From: a virus
Lineage: Duplodnaviria; Heunggongvirae; Uroviricota; Caudoviricetes
Direction: 5' to 3' (one strand)
Virus record (IMG/VR): IMGVR_UViG_2778261588_000006
Span: 1 to 20,988 of that record
DNA: 20,988 nt
The position numbers and the translations under genes are program-made. The notes under the pieces were generated by a model. The model ran no database searches. It worked only from the letters and a program-made list of their open reading frames with translations, and had not been told where the DNA came from. Shown here piece by piece: positions 1 through 8,642 of the stretch. The stretch's first letter is position 1. Every line of letters begins with the position of its first letter.

Positions 1-1248
1 ATGGCACTGAATATTCCATTCAGAAATGCGTACTATCGTTTTGCATCCAGTTACTCATTTCTCTTTTTTATTTCCTGGTCGCTGTGGTGGTCGTTATACG
101 CTATTTGGCTGAAAGGACATCTAGGGTTGACAGGGACGGAATTAGGTACACTTTATTCGGTCAACCAGTTTACCAGCATTCTATTTATGATGTTCTACGG
201 CATCGTTCAGGATAAACTCGGTCTGAAGAAACCGCTCATCTGGTGTATGAGTTTCATCCTGGTCTTGACCGGACCGTTTATGATTTACGTTTATGAACCG
301 TTACTGCAAAGCAATTTTTCTGTAGGTCTAATTCCGGGGGCGCTATTTTTTGGCTTGGGGTATCTGGCGGGATGCGGTTTGCTTGATAGCTTCACCGAAA
401 AAATGGCGCGAAATTTTCATTTCGAATATGGAACAGCGCGCGCCTGGGGATCTTTTGGCTATGCTATTGGCGCGTTCTTTGCCGGCATATTTTTTAGTAT
501 CAGTCCCCATATCAACTTCTGGTTGGTCTCGCTATTTGGCGCTGTATTTATGATGATCAACATGCGTTTTAAAGATAAGGATCACCAGTGCGTAGCGGCA
601 GATGCGGGAGGGGTAAAAAAAGAGGATTTTATCGCAGTTTTCAAGGATCGAAACTTCTGGGTTTTCGTCATATTTATTGTGGGGACGTGGTCTTTCTATA
701 ACATTTTTGATCAACAACTTTTTCCTGTCTTTTATGCAGGTTTATTCGAATCACACGATGTAGGAACGCGCCTGTATGGTTATCTCAACTCATTCCAGGT
801 GGTACTCGAAGCGCTGTGCATGGCGATTATTCCTTTCTTTGTGAATCGGGTAGGGCCAAAAAATGCATTACTTATCGGAGTTGTGATTATGGCGTTGCGT
901 ATCCTTTCCTGCGCGCTGTTCGTTAACCCCTGGATTATTTCATTAGTGAAGTTGTTACATGCCATTGAGGTTCCACTTTGTGTCATATCCGTCTTCAAAT
1001 ACAGCGTGGCAAACTTTGATAAGCGCCTGTCGTCGACGATCTTTCTGATTGGTTTTCAAATTGCCAGTTCGCTTGGGATTGTGCTGCTTTCAACGCCGAC
1101 TGGGATACTCTTTGACCACGCAGGCTACCAGACAGTTTTCTTCGCAATTTCGGGTATTGTCTGCCTGATGTTGCTATTTGGCATTTTCTTCTTGAGTAAA
1201 AAACGCGAGCAAATAGTTATGGAAACGCCTGTACCTTCAGCAATATAG
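1..1248 (+). CDS. cscB: MFS oligosaccharide:H+ symporter of the LacY family (sucrose permease-like), host gene
   Basis: 415-aa ORF starting at window base 1; 12-TM-like hydrophobic profile; LacY-family motifs (DKLGLKK, NFHFEYGTARAWG, FDQQLF, GPKNALL, FKY). Recognised from memory as CscB-like, not searched. Confidence 0.8.
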   Translation: MALNIPFRNAYYRFASSYSFLFFISWSLWWSLYAIWLKGHLGLTGTELGTLYSVNQFTSILFMMFYGIVQDKLGLKKPLIWCMSFILVLTGPFMIYVYEPLLQSNFSVGLIPGALFFGLGYLAGCGLLDSFTEKMARNFHFEYGTARAWGSFGYAIGAFFAGIFFSISPHINFWLVSLFGAVFMMINMRFKDKDHQCVAADAGGVKKEDFIAVFKDRNFWVFVIFIVGTWSFYNIFDQQLFPVFYAGLFESHDVGTRLYGYLNSFQVVLEALCMAIIPFFVNRVGPKNALLIGVVIMALRILSCALFVNPWIISLVKLLHAIEVPLCVISVFKYSVANFDKRLSSTIFLIGFQIASSLGIVLLSTPTGILFDHAGYQTVFFAISGIVCLMLLFGIFFLSKKREQIVMETPVPSAI

Positions 1249-1257
1249 ACGTAAACT

Positions 1258-1301
1258 TTTTCCGGTTGTTGTCGATAGCTCTATATCCCTCAACCGGAAA
1301 A
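1258..1301. other. 11-bp perfect inverted repeat (TTTTCCGGTTG / CAACCGGAAAA) with 22-nt loop, immediately 3' of the permease
   Basis: Read directly from sequence; possible terminator or protein-binding dyad, loop too long for a canonical intrinsic terminator. Confidence 0.35.
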
Positions 1302-1689
1302 TAATAATAGTAAAATGCTTAGCCCTGCTAATAATCGCCTAATCCAAACGCCTCATTCATGTTCTGGTACAGTCGCTCAAATGTACTTCAGATGCGCGGT
1401 TCGCTGATTTCCAGGACATTGTCGTCATTCAGTGACCTGTCCCGTGTATCACGGTCCTGCGAATTCATCAAGGAATGCATTGCGGAGTGAAGTATCGAGT
1501 CACGCCATATTTCGCTATCAGGATTCTGTGTGATGGTTACATCGCCCGGCTCAGGGCTGTTTAGTCATCAGCGCTTTCTGACAGTGCTGAGATTTCAACC
1601 TGTTGCAGTAAAAATGAGTAGATATAAGGCAAGTGTGCTGCCAAACCCATCTTTTACGGGGTGAAGGTAGATTTCGTTTGAAGGGTATC

Positions 1690-1704
1690 TGGTGTCCCCT
1701 GCAG
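1690..1704 (-). other. Putative prophage att core: partial tRNA-Arg 3' end (CTGCAGGGGACACCA on minus strand)
   Basis: Minus-strand 15-mer matches the acceptor-stem 3' half plus CCA of an argW-type tRNA-Arg as I recall it; no T-arm or remainder of the tRNA is present, as expected for the duplicated core at a prophage junction. Lies between the host permease and the excisionase. Confidence 0.5.
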
Positions 1705-1777
1705 ACATCTACTTGAAGCGGCAGGGGATTGATTGGAATGGTGTTTTTTAGGTGTGAGAAATATTTTACCCGCTATT

Positions 1778-1978
1778 TTACCCATTGGCGCGGCTTAAGA
1801 GCTTATTTTTGAATTCACAATGGTCACGATATAACCATCTTGCGCGTCCGTGGATAACTTTGGCTTTTGGCAGGTCGCCGGACTTAATCCGGTCATAGAT
1901 GAAGGTTTTACCGAAGCCAGTATCGGCCATGATGAATTTCAAATCAACCAGGGAATCAGGCTGTAGTTCGTGTTGCAT
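1778..1978 (-). CDS. torI: Excisionase / AlpA-family DNA-binding protein (TorI-like recombination directionality factor)
   Basis: 66-aa ORF with AlpA/Xis-like winged-helix pattern (TGFGKTFIYDRIKSGDLPKAKVI...GRARWLYRD); sits next to the att core; matches my recollection of KplE1 TorI in size and sequence, unverified. Confidence 0.6.
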   Translation of the reverse strand: MQHELQPDSLVDLKFIMADTGFGKTFIYDRIKSGDLPKAKVIHGRARWLYRDHCEFKNKLLSRANG

Positions 1979-2035
1979 GAGTGCTATCTCCGAATAGGGA
2001 ATCGAACCTGCAAATCAGGCAATAAAAAACCGCCA

Positions 2036-2203
2036 TCAGGCGTTTTTGTGTTCTTTCAGTTCTTCAATTCGAATATTGGTTACGTCTGCATGTGCTATCT
2101 GCGCCCATATCATCCAGTGGTTATAGCAGTCGTTGATGTCCTCTGCTTCGATAACTCTGTTGAATGGCTCTCCATTCCATTCACCTGTGACTCGGAAGTG
2201 CAT
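2036..2203 (-). CDS. Small hypothetical protein (55 aa)
   Basis: ATG preceded by GGAG SD at 7-nt spacing; co-oriented with neighbouring early-left genes; no recognisable domain. Confidence 0.35.
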   Translation of the reverse strand: MHFRVTGEWNGEPFNRVIEAEDINDCYNHWMIWAQIAHADVTNIRIEELKEHKNA

Positions 2204-2274
2204 TTATCATCTCCATAAAACAAAACTCGCCGTAGCGAGTTCAGATAAAAGAAATCCCCGCGAGTGCGAGGATG

Positions 2275-2559
2275 TTATTCATTGCCGATATTCACCTTTA
2301 TCGCGAACACCTTTACCGGTTTATCACCGAAGTGCGGATGTGTGATTGTCTTGATTTCATAGCCGCCATACGGAACGTCAATTCTGCGGCTGGAATCGTC
2401 ACGCTTCGGATATCCCTTTGTGATAATCAGGCGGTCATACTCCCGGAACATAATTCGCTTATTCCAATAGTCATTACACAGGCGATACTCTTCCGTTTTC
2501 TCTCCTCGAATCATGGCATCGAAGTATTCACCTTTGACGGCAAGTTGTAGGTTAGCCAC
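2275..2559 (-). CDS. Hypothetical phage protein (94 aa), possibly ASCH/PUA-like
   Basis: GTG start with AGGAGG SD 6 nt upstream; 8-nt overlap with upstream gene end; domain guess is weak. Confidence 0.5.
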   Translation of the reverse strand: MANLQLAVKGEYFDAMIRGEKTEEYRLCNDYWNKRIMFREYDRLIITKGYPKRDDSSRRIDVPYGGYEIKTITHPHFGDKPVKVFAIKVNIGNE

Positions 2560-2839
2560 GACCTTCCTCCTTTGGCTTGTGAATTTGTATCGTCATGCCG
2601 CTTTGAGTGGTGACTACAATGACAGAACCAGGCTGAAGGCTGTTAAGATTGAATGCTTCGTAAAACGAATCCAAGGCCAGCGCTTTTTTATTCTTTCGGT
2701 TCCACCAACGCCATCCCTTGCTACAGGCTACACTGACAATCCACTGTCCACTCCTGTAAGCCATATAAAACCAGATGAGCAAAACCTGAAGGAAGGCTAT
2801 CCAGTCAATAATCGTATATTTCGCGAAGGAGTCCATCAC
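2552..2839 (-). CDS. Hypothetical protein with N-terminal transmembrane helix (95 aa)
   Basis: ATG with AGGAGGTGA SD; hydrophobic segment IIDWIAFLQVLLIWFYMAY; 4-nt overlap with upstream gene. Confidence 0.5.
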   Translation of the reverse strand: MMDSFAKYTIIDWIAFLQVLLIWFYMAYRSGQWIVSVACSKGWRWWNRKNKKALALDSFYEAFNLNSLQPGSVIVVTTQSGMTIQIHKPKEEGRG

Positions 2840-3747
2840 TTCACCTCCTGCGGCGGTTCTGGTAGCGGCATCCAGTGTGTGACATTGCTAATCAGACCAT
2901 ATTCATTAGTTTGAGGATGGTTGCCGTTATCGTCTCCGTATTTAAGACTCTCCATAAAGCCATAATGCCTATCACCATTAACGCTCACAAAGCCGTAATA
3001 AGCAGGTATAACGCCGATCTCACACGTAACCAGTAAAGGAAAACTAGTTCTCCAATTTAGCTCGCCGATTACAGGCATTCGCTCACTACAGCTTATCCAG
3101 CCATCCGGAGTTACCGGATAGTTGCCCGATAGCGCATTACGCAATCGCTCCAGCTTCACGTATTCCTGAACCCTGTTTCCGTCGCATGCCTGAAGCCATT
3201 GCGCAGCCTTTTGCGCATCAGTGTGAAAGGCACAAGTGCGACCGTCATCAAATTGCATTTCGTAGAGGTCAGCAACTTGTTCAAACTGCGTATGTTGTGA
3301 CTTGTAAGTTTGGCTTACAGGTTCGGCACCATGAAGCATGGCGTCGCTCCGCTCTATGCCATCCAGCGCGATTCGCAGTGCCTGAATTGTGGTAGAGCTA
3401 TCGTTTGGGGCTATTCCATATCTCTCGAATACAGCTAAATGGTTGCGCATAATCTCAGGCGTAAGCTCTTTGTAAGCATAAGCAAGAGGCTCTGATGCAT
3501 TATCCGGCACAACCGACGCAGGCGCGGCAGCATAAACAGGAATAACGTCCGCTTGCTCTTTATTGCTTTCATCCGTTAAAGCCCAGAATAATTTCCCGGC
3601 CGGATGTTTGAAAATATAAGCAACTGGATCTGCTTCCAGCGATGCCAGCGCAATTCGTGCCAGTTCCATTTGTTCGCCACGGGTAAGCCCGTTTTCAAGC
3701 GTGGATTTAATGAACAATTCGATACGTTCTTTAGTGATAGCGCTCAT
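2836..3747 (-). CDS. DUF551-domain phage protein
   Basis: C-terminal WISCSERMP...THWMPLPEPP block typical of DUF551; start placed at MSAITK (3747) with AGGAG SD rather than the upstream in-frame ATG at 3789. Confidence 0.6.
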   Translation of the reverse strand: MSAITKERIELFIKSTLENGLTRGEQMELARIALASLEADPVAYIFKHPAGKLFWALTDESNKEQADVIPVYAAAPASVVPDNASEPLAYAYKELTPEIMRNHLAVFERYGIAPNDSSTTIQALRIALDGIERSDAMLHGAEPVSQTYKSQHTQFEQVADLYEMQFDDGRTCAFHTDAQKAAQWLQACDGNRVQEYVKLERLRNALSGNYPVTPDGWISCSERMPVIGELNWRTSFPLLVTCEIGVIPAYYGFVSVNGDRHYGFMESLKYGDDNGNHPQTNEYGLISNVTHWMPLPEPPQEVK

Positions 3748-3748
3748 A

Positions 3749-4249
3749 TCACTCTCCTTTGATGCGAATGCCAGTAGCGCGGATTGCATCGATGACTTCA
3801 GAAACTTTGTATGCCATTACCGTTTGGTAATCCTCGTGGAAATCTGTTCGATGAAGCATGCTGCTACGTTCTGGGAGCGATATTTCCCGTGCTTCCAGTT
3901 CTGCAATGCGCTTCTCTGCGGCTTCCAGCTCAACACGCAGTTTCCCTACCGTTAGCGCAATATCCTCGTTCTCCTGGTCGCGGGATTTGATGTATTGCTG
4001 GTTTCTTTCCCGTTCATCCAGCAGCGCCTGCACTACTTCAGGGTTGAAAGCTGCGATATAGCGAGCGTTGTTCTCTGCGTTTTTCTGTTCGTCGAATCCA
4101 GGCCAGTCGACAATATCTCCGTGATGATTATCTCCTGGCGTGTGCACGGCGTACGTGCCGTATTTGCCCGGCGAAATAAATGCGACCCATTCGCCTTGTG
4201 TTGCCTGTTTTGCTATCTCACGCAGTGCCTGATAGTTAATCTCGCTCAC
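3749..4249 (-). CDS. Hypothetical phage protein (166 aa), coiled-coil centre, Ea22-like region
   Basis: ORF with AGGAGG upstream; tight packing with neighbours; family assignment uncertain. Confidence 0.5.
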   Translation of the reverse strand: MSEINYQALREIAKQATQGEWVAFISPGKYGTYAVHTPGDNHHGDIVDWPGFDEQKNAENNARYIAAFNPEVVQALLDERERNQQYIKSRDQENEDIALTVGKLRVELEAAEKRIAELEAREISLPERSSMLHRTDFHEDYQTVMAYKVSEVIDAIRATGIRIKGE

Positions 4250-4761
4250 TGGTTGCCTCCTTTGCGAAGTTTCGCGGCAAAATCAGCCGCAACCTCTTTG
4301 ACCATATTGGAAAGCGGAGTGCCACCTCCGAATTTTTCTGAGAACATCTCCACGCCCTGTGCCCGCAGTTCCGACAGGAAAGAGTCGGTGGCTGGGGTTT
4401 CGATATCGTTAATTTCAGGAAGAATCTCTTCCCATGTGGCGATATCGCCATTCAAATGCCATCCGGCAATTCCACTGGAGTTATCCGCAACACTGCGAAC
4501 GGCTTCAATAGTTTCGAGCATTACCGCATTCTCCGCCGCAAGCGCCGAAAACTTCTCGTGTGCCAACTTAACAGCTGCATCAGCCTGCTTAATTGACTCA
4601 ATCGCTCTCTGCTGGTCTTCGGACAGAGCCGAAATCTTGGCCTCCGCTTCAGCAAATTTACGCACCAGATATTCAGCGTTTGTTTCGTTAACCTTTAAAT
4701 CTCGTGGGATGCATTTACCTTTCAGAAATCCATCCATCTCAATTAGTGACATTTGTTTCAT
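4246..4761 (-). CDS. Hypothetical phage protein (171 aa)
   Basis: Long ORF co-oriented in early-left operon with 4-nt overlaps at both ends. Confidence 0.5.
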   Translation of the reverse strand: MKQMSLIEMDGFLKGKCIPRDLKVNETNAEYLVRKFAEAEAKISALSEDQQRAIESIKQADAAVKLAHEKFSALAAENAVMLETIEAVRSVADNSSGIAGWHLNGDIATWEEILPEINDIETPATDSFLSELRAQGVEMFSEKFGGGTPLSNMVKEVAADFAAKLRKGGNQ

Positions 4762-4940
4762 TTCTTCCCACTCCGCAACATCGCATTCAGATATTTGTTT
4801 TGATTTACTGACGGAAAAGAATTTCTCTTAAGTAATTCCTCTCTCGATGGCATTGGCTTTACGCGTTGGCGAATAATCATTTCTGCCGGAAGAATGCCGG
4901 GATTGTATGCAAGTCCTCTCATGGTAAATTCCTCAGTCAT
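4758..4940 (-). CDS. Small hypothetical protein (start ambiguous: 4940 or 4922)
   Basis: Downstream part of the 4758-5072 ORF that does not overlap the better-supported 4933-5226 gene; ATG at 4940 overlaps the upstream stop, ATG at 4922 has a GAGG SD. Confidence 0.3.
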   Translation of the reverse strand: MTEEFTMRGLAYNPGILPAEMIIRQRVKPMPSREELLKRNSFPSVNQNKYLNAMLRSGKK

Positions 4941-5226
4941 TACTGATAGCGCCATAGCGTGAGCGGTAATTACGCAGGCGCGGGTCAATTTCAGGGAAGT
5001 GGGTATATGTGGCTTTGCGGAATGGTCGGATTGATGTCTGGTAAATCCGCTCTCGTTCTTCTTTCTCTGCAAGCCATATACAGTGGCGAAATTCCTTTTC
5101 CTCTTGCGTTTCCTGCGGTAGCGACATTATCAGGTCGTAGTTTTTTCTGAATTTATCCAGCACCTCCGATACGGAATTGCCGGAACAGCGGCGCGCGTCG
5201 TCCGCACCATACAGAGGCGCTGGCAT
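4933..5226 (-). CDS. Hypothetical phage protein (97 aa)
   Basis: ATG with AGGAG SD 6 nt upstream, directly downstream of ssb. Confidence 0.5.
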   Translation of the reverse strand: MPAPLYGADDARRCSGNSVSEVLDKFRKNYDLIMSLPQETQEEKEFRHCIWLAEKEERERIYQTSIRPFRKATYTHFPEIDPRLRNYRSRYGAISND

Positions 5227-5239
5227 GATTTTCTCCTGA

Positions 5240-5746
5240 TTAAATTGCGTGAATAGCGTGACGAGGGAAGGGGAGAGTTACTGGTGCAAAGGGTATATCG
5301 TCGTAAAAATCCATCGGAGGTTCGTTGTGTTGTGCAGGTGATGATTGCTGCTGTGGCTTCTGTGATTGCCTGCTGGCTGCTTGTTGTTTGCTGTCGCCAA
5401 TTCCGCCAAGCATTTGCATCACGCCATTAATTCCGACATGAACCTCGGTTGTGTAACGGTCTTGCCCTGACTGGTCTTTCCACTTTCTGGTTCTCAGCAT
5501 TCCCTCGAAATAAATCTGATCACCTTTTTTCACATACTGCCCCACAACCTCAGCCAGTTTCCCGGATACAGCAACACGATGCCATTCAGTCAATTCCTTT
5601 TGCTCGCCAGTATTTTTATCTCGCCATTGTTCTGACGTGGCTATTGTCAGGTTAGCGAACGCTGTACCTGATGGTGAGTATCGAACTTCCGGGTCTTGTC
5701 CTACCCGACCAAGGATAATCACCTTATTTATCCCGCGAGAACTCAT
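5240..5746 (-). CDS. ssb: Single-stranded DNA-binding protein (SSB) with C-terminal extension
   Basis: OB-fold SSB signature ([20 protein letters not shown]...TEWHRV), Gln/Pro-rich linker and acidic MDFYDDIPF tip; start at MSSRG (5746), overlapping the HNH stop as ATGA. Confidence 0.85.
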   Translation of the reverse strand: MSSRGINKVIILGRVGQDPEVRYSPSGTAFANLTIATSEQWRDKNTGEQKELTEWHRVAVSGKLAEVVGQYVKKGDQIYFEGMLRTRKWKDQSGQDRYTTEVHVGINGVMQMLGGIGDSKQQAASRQSQKPQQQSSPAQHNEPPMDFYDDIPFAPVTLPFPRHAIHAI

Positions 5747-6210
5747 TTGCTCCACCTCTTGCCAGTTTTTATGTTGCTTATAATTGATTGAGATACACCC
5801 ATGTCTTTTGCTATCTTGTACTGACTCTCTTTTTCAGAGAGTCTTTTCCTAATTTCTATAACCTGCCACTCTGTTAATTTTGCACCATGATGAGCATGAC
5901 CTTTCTTGGCTCCACGATGCCTTCCTTTTGCTATCTTGTCGTCCATGTTTTCTTGCGCGCTACCTAAAAAGAGATGTTCAGGATTAACGCAGCATGGGTT
6001 ATCGCATTTGTGGCAAACCATCTTCCCAGATGGAATGGGGGAGTGATAAAGCTCAAAAGCAACCCGATGAGAAAGCATTGTTACGCCAAAGGCTACAAAT
6101 TTTGTGTATCCTCCTTTGTTTTTTGAATAGGTAGACTCCCAGCAACCTGTTGTTTCATTAACTTTGTAGCTGGACTCGAATCTTTTAATAATTCCGTCCA
6201 AGTGAGACAT
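5743..6210 (-). CDS. HNH endonuclease (HNH_3-type, homing-endonuclease-like) with C-terminal HTH
   Basis: [18 protein letters not shown] motif, His/Lys-rich segment, C-terminal helix-turn-helix-like tail. Confidence 0.8.
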   Translation of the reverse strand: MSHLDGIIKRFESSYKVNETTGCWESTYSKNKGGYTKFVAFGVTMLSHRVAFELYHSPIPSGKMVCHKCDNPCCVNPEHLFLGSAQENMDDKIAKGRHRGAKKGHAHHGAKLTEWQVIEIRKRLSEKESQYKIAKDMGVSQSIISNIKTGKRWSK

Positions 6211-6918
6211 TTATGCCGCCTGTTTTAGTTCGTTAACTCTGATGTTCATTACCTGAACGCATTTAGCCTGCGCCTCCTCGTTGCCAGCCATTAATTGCCA
6301 GTCACGCTGATAACGCTCGATGAGTTTTTTCTTGTCAGTTTCTGTTGATGCATAATCGCTGAAGTCTTTCAGGATTTGCTCGCAGTCAACCGATGGAGAT
6401 TTCTGGTTGGTATTTTCTGGTGATGGTTTGTTATCTGATGCTGGGATTGCCCAGCCTGGCAGCGATGGAGGGAGCCAGTAAAATCCTGTTCCATCCTTGA
6501 GTTTTGCCCTGTGCCATCCCTGCTTTTTGTCGAGAGATGTTTGTGCGAAACCTTCCTCAAGGTTATACAGATACCGACCGATTCCCCACTGAACGGCAGC
6601 GCGCTTCATTGCACCTGAACGACCACCTTTGACGGCTTCTACCTGCGTGTTTTCAGCAGCATCCCATTTGGTTACCCATTCGGAATCAATCTTTATTGAT
6701 ATGCCGCATTCAACGCCGCCGTTGTTGGGAATGTCGCGGTATTCATTGCGCCATCCTGCTTTGCCACAAACATCGTCCAGGCGTTTCATGATTGCCCGGT
6801 TCGTGACATAAGCCAGCACCATAGCCCACACCTTGCCATCGCGTGTTTTACCGCTTTGCTGTATTCGCCATTCGATATCTTCAGGGCTGAATGGCTCATC
6901 GAATTTGTTCAAATCCAT
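6211..6918 (-). CDS. Rad52-like single-strand annealing protein (Sak-type recombinase)
   Basis: Motifs AIMKRLDDVCGKAGW and KRAAVQWGIGRYLY resemble the Rad52/Sak SSAP fold; paired with ssb as in phage recombination modules. Confidence 0.7.
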   Translation of the reverse strand: MDLNKFDEPFSPEDIEWRIQQSGKTRDGKVWAMVLAYVTNRAIMKRLDDVCGKAGWRNEYRDIPNNGGVECGISIKIDSEWVTKWDAAENTQVEAVKGGRSGAMKRAAVQWGIGRYLYNLEEGFAQTSLDKKQGWHRAKLKDGTGFYWLPPSLPGWAIPASDNKPSPENTNQKSPSVDCEQILKDFSDYASTETDKKKLIERYQRDWQLMAGNEEAQAKCVQVMNIRVNELKQAA

Positions 6919-6926
6919 AATTCACC

Positions 6927-7097
6927 TCAGAATGGACACGGCCCAAGGAAATAACGCTGATTTAATACTTCGACTCGGGACAAATTAAGGCATACCCGCA
7001 TTCCTTCGCGGTCGCCATTATGGCGATACCAGAGAGCTTTCTGCGTGTACATGCGTCTCTGTAACTTGCTCTCCTTCACTGTGGTTGCAAGTGGCAT
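6927..7097 (-). CDS. Small hypothetical protein (56 aa)
   Basis: ATG with AAGGAG SD at 6-nt spacing; stop overlaps the SD of the annealase gene; not in ORF track because under 60 aa. Confidence 0.35.
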   Translation of the reverse strand: MPLATTVKESKLQRRMYTQKALWYRHNGDREGMRVCLNLSRVEVLNQRYFLGPCPF

Positions 7098-7232
7098 GAA
7101 TATCTCCTTCGTTACCGATTAATTCTTTCATCTGACGAATGAATTCTTTGTCTGACCATGTATCCGCAATGCTCATTGCTTAACGACCTTAATCAGTTCA
7201 GTTACCTCAATGATGTCCTCGCATAAATCCGA

Positions 7233-7337
7233 TTACTGAAATGGGCCGCAGTTGTGAGAGTTAGTGCGTCGGGCGAAAGCCATTTTTCTAAGCTCTTTCA
7301 GGGCTTCTTCCAGTTCCTCGTAAGTTGGTTTTTTCAT
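7233..7337 (-). CDS. Tiny hypothetical ORF (34 aa)
   Basis: ATGA overlap with upstream small ORF; AAAGG upstream; weak. Confidence 0.2.
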   Translation of the reverse strand: MKKPTYEELEEALKELRKMAFARRTNSHNCGPFQ

Positions 7338-7504
7338 GGCTGTACCTTTTGATTCAGAAACTCAACAAGACGATCCAGCAAGCTCTTAACGCGAGGTTGT
7401 TTAAAGTCTGCTCCGGTTAAAATGTTTTTTCGTGAATGCTGTACCGATAAAATCGGGTTGAAAGGGCGAACCGATGCCGCCCCTGCAATAGCGAACTGTT
7501 GCAT
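7334..7504 (-). CDS. CIII-like small regulatory protein (56 aa)
   Basis: AGGAG SD 6 nt upstream; N-terminus MQQFAIAG and SLLDRLVEFLNQ helix resemble lambda CIII (MQYAIAG...RLIDILNQ) as recalled. Confidence 0.4.
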   Translation of the reverse strand: MQQFAIAGAASVRPFNPILSVQHSRKNILTGADFKQPRVKSLLDRLVEFLNQKVQP

Positions 7505-7579
7505 AGGATGCTCCTTCTGTTTGATTGCATAACGAAAACGCCTCGAGTGAAGCGTTATTGGTATGCGGTAAAGCCGCGC

Positions 7580-7948
7580 TCAGGCGGCTTTGATAGTCAT
7601 ATCATCTGAATCAAATATTCCTGATGTATCGATATCGGTAATTCTTATTCCTTCGCTACCATCCATTGGAGGCCATCCTTCCTGACCATTTCCATCATTC
7701 CAGTCGAACTCACACACAACACCATATGCATTTAAGTCGCTTGAAATTGCTATAAGCAGAGCATGTTGCGCCAGCATGATTAATACAGCATTTAATACAG
7801 AGCCGTGTTTATTGAGTCGGTATTCAGAGTCTGACCAGAAATTATTAATCTGGTGAAGTTTTTCCTCTGTCATTACGTCATGGTCGATTTCAATTTCTAT
7901 TGATGCTTTCCAGTCGTAATCAATGATGTATTTTTTGATGTTTGACAT
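7580..7948 (-). CDS. Hypothetical phage protein (122 aa), acidic
   Basis: ORF with GAGGA SD; first gene downstream of an intrinsic terminator. Confidence 0.5.
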   Translation of the reverse strand: MSNIKKYIIDYDWKASIEIEIDHDVMTEEKLHQINNFWSDSEYRLNKHGSVLNAVLIMLAQHALLIAISSDLNAYGVVCEFDWNDGNGQEGWPPMDGSEGIRITDIDTSGIFDSDDMTIKAA

Positions 7949-7965
7949 CTGTTCATATCCTCATA

Positions 7966-7994
7966 GATAAAAAATCGCCCTCACATTGGAGGGC
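7966..7994 (-). terminator. Rho-independent terminator (minus strand): GCCCTC-CAATGT-GAGGGC then GATTTTTTAT
   Basis: 6-bp GC stem, 6-nt loop and U-run read on the minus strand, between two early-left genes. Confidence 0.5.
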
Positions 7995-8089
7995 AAAGAA
8001 GATTTCCAATAATCAGAACAAGTCGGCTCCTGTTTAGTTACGAGCGACATTGCTCCGTGTATTCACTCGTTGGAATGAATACACAGTGC

Positions 8090-8302
8090 TTATTCGCGAG
8101 CTTTGAGCATGGCATCAGCAATAAAGTAGGCATCATCTGCTAATTCTTTGTACTGTGGTGAATTCTGTCCACCACCAAAGGAATGTCCGTCCCATCTGCG
8201 CACTATTGCTGCCATAGCCTTAGCAGCGAAGTAATCACGTAATGTCGCATCACTTGCCATTTCTGGGCGTTTGATATCTGCTTCATAAAACTCGCACATC
8301 AT
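8090..8302 (-). CDS. Hypothetical phage protein (70 aa)
   Basis: ATGA overlap with upstream gene stop; GGAGGTGA SD. Confidence 0.5.
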   Translation of the reverse strand: MMCEFYEADIKRPEMASDATLRDYFAAKAMAAIVRRWDGHSFGGGQNSPQYKELADDAYFIADAMLKARE

Positions 8303-8595
8303 TCACCTCCCAGAGCCTTGCTGATTGCTGCAAGACCTTTATTAACAGCTCCATACCATTCTGGATATGTTGTCGTTGTTCTATTTTTGGATTGCTTAAG
8401 TAATAACTGAAGTGCTTCGAGAAGGTCAGGTGCTGCCGCTATTAAATTGGCATCTTCAATACATTGAACTTCCTCACAGATTGCAATATACGAACGCCAG
8501 CCTGCGCCATTTTCAAGTGAGTCTGCCTGGATTATTTTAATCTCATCGCCATCCATCATTATTTCCCACTTACCTTCAGTACCTTTAAATTCCAT
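8299..8595 (-). CDS. Hypothetical phage protein (98 aa from ATG at 8595)
   Basis: Track ORF begins at a TTG (8619); internal ATG MEFKGTEGKW with AGAGG SD 5 nt upstream is the better start. Confidence 0.45.
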   Translation of the reverse strand: MEFKGTEGKWEIMMDGDEIKIIQADSLENGAGWRSYIAICEEVQCIEDANLIAAAPDLLEALQLLLKQSKNRTTTTYPEWYGAVNKGLAAISKALGGE

Positions 8596-8642
8596 GTTAG
8601 CCTCTGTTGTTAGTGCCAAAAATAAAGGCCGACTATGCGGCC

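Noticed and set aside
1249-1777. Possible integrase remnant between the permease and the excisionase
   Set aside because: Minus-strand translations in all frames give only short stop-interrupted peptides with no tyrosine-recombinase motifs; the region is better explained as host intergenic DNA plus att core.
1985-2012. tRNA-like T-loop sequence (GCAGGTTCGATTCCC on the minus strand) near the excisionase start
   Set aside because: No complementary T-stem 3' strand, acceptor stem or other tRNA arms; the better-supported partial tRNA end is at 1690-1704.
2513-4831. Plus-strand track ORFs in the early-left region (2513-2914, 3186-3395, 3701-3955, 3858-4061, 3995-4831 and others)
   Set aside because: Antisense to a tightly packed, SD-supported minus-strand operon; low-complexity Ser/Ala/Arg-rich translations typical of antisense frames.
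4933-5226. Similarity of the 97-aa protein to lambda Ea8.5
   Set aside because: On recalling the Ea8.5 sequence there is no real resemblance; left as hypothetical.
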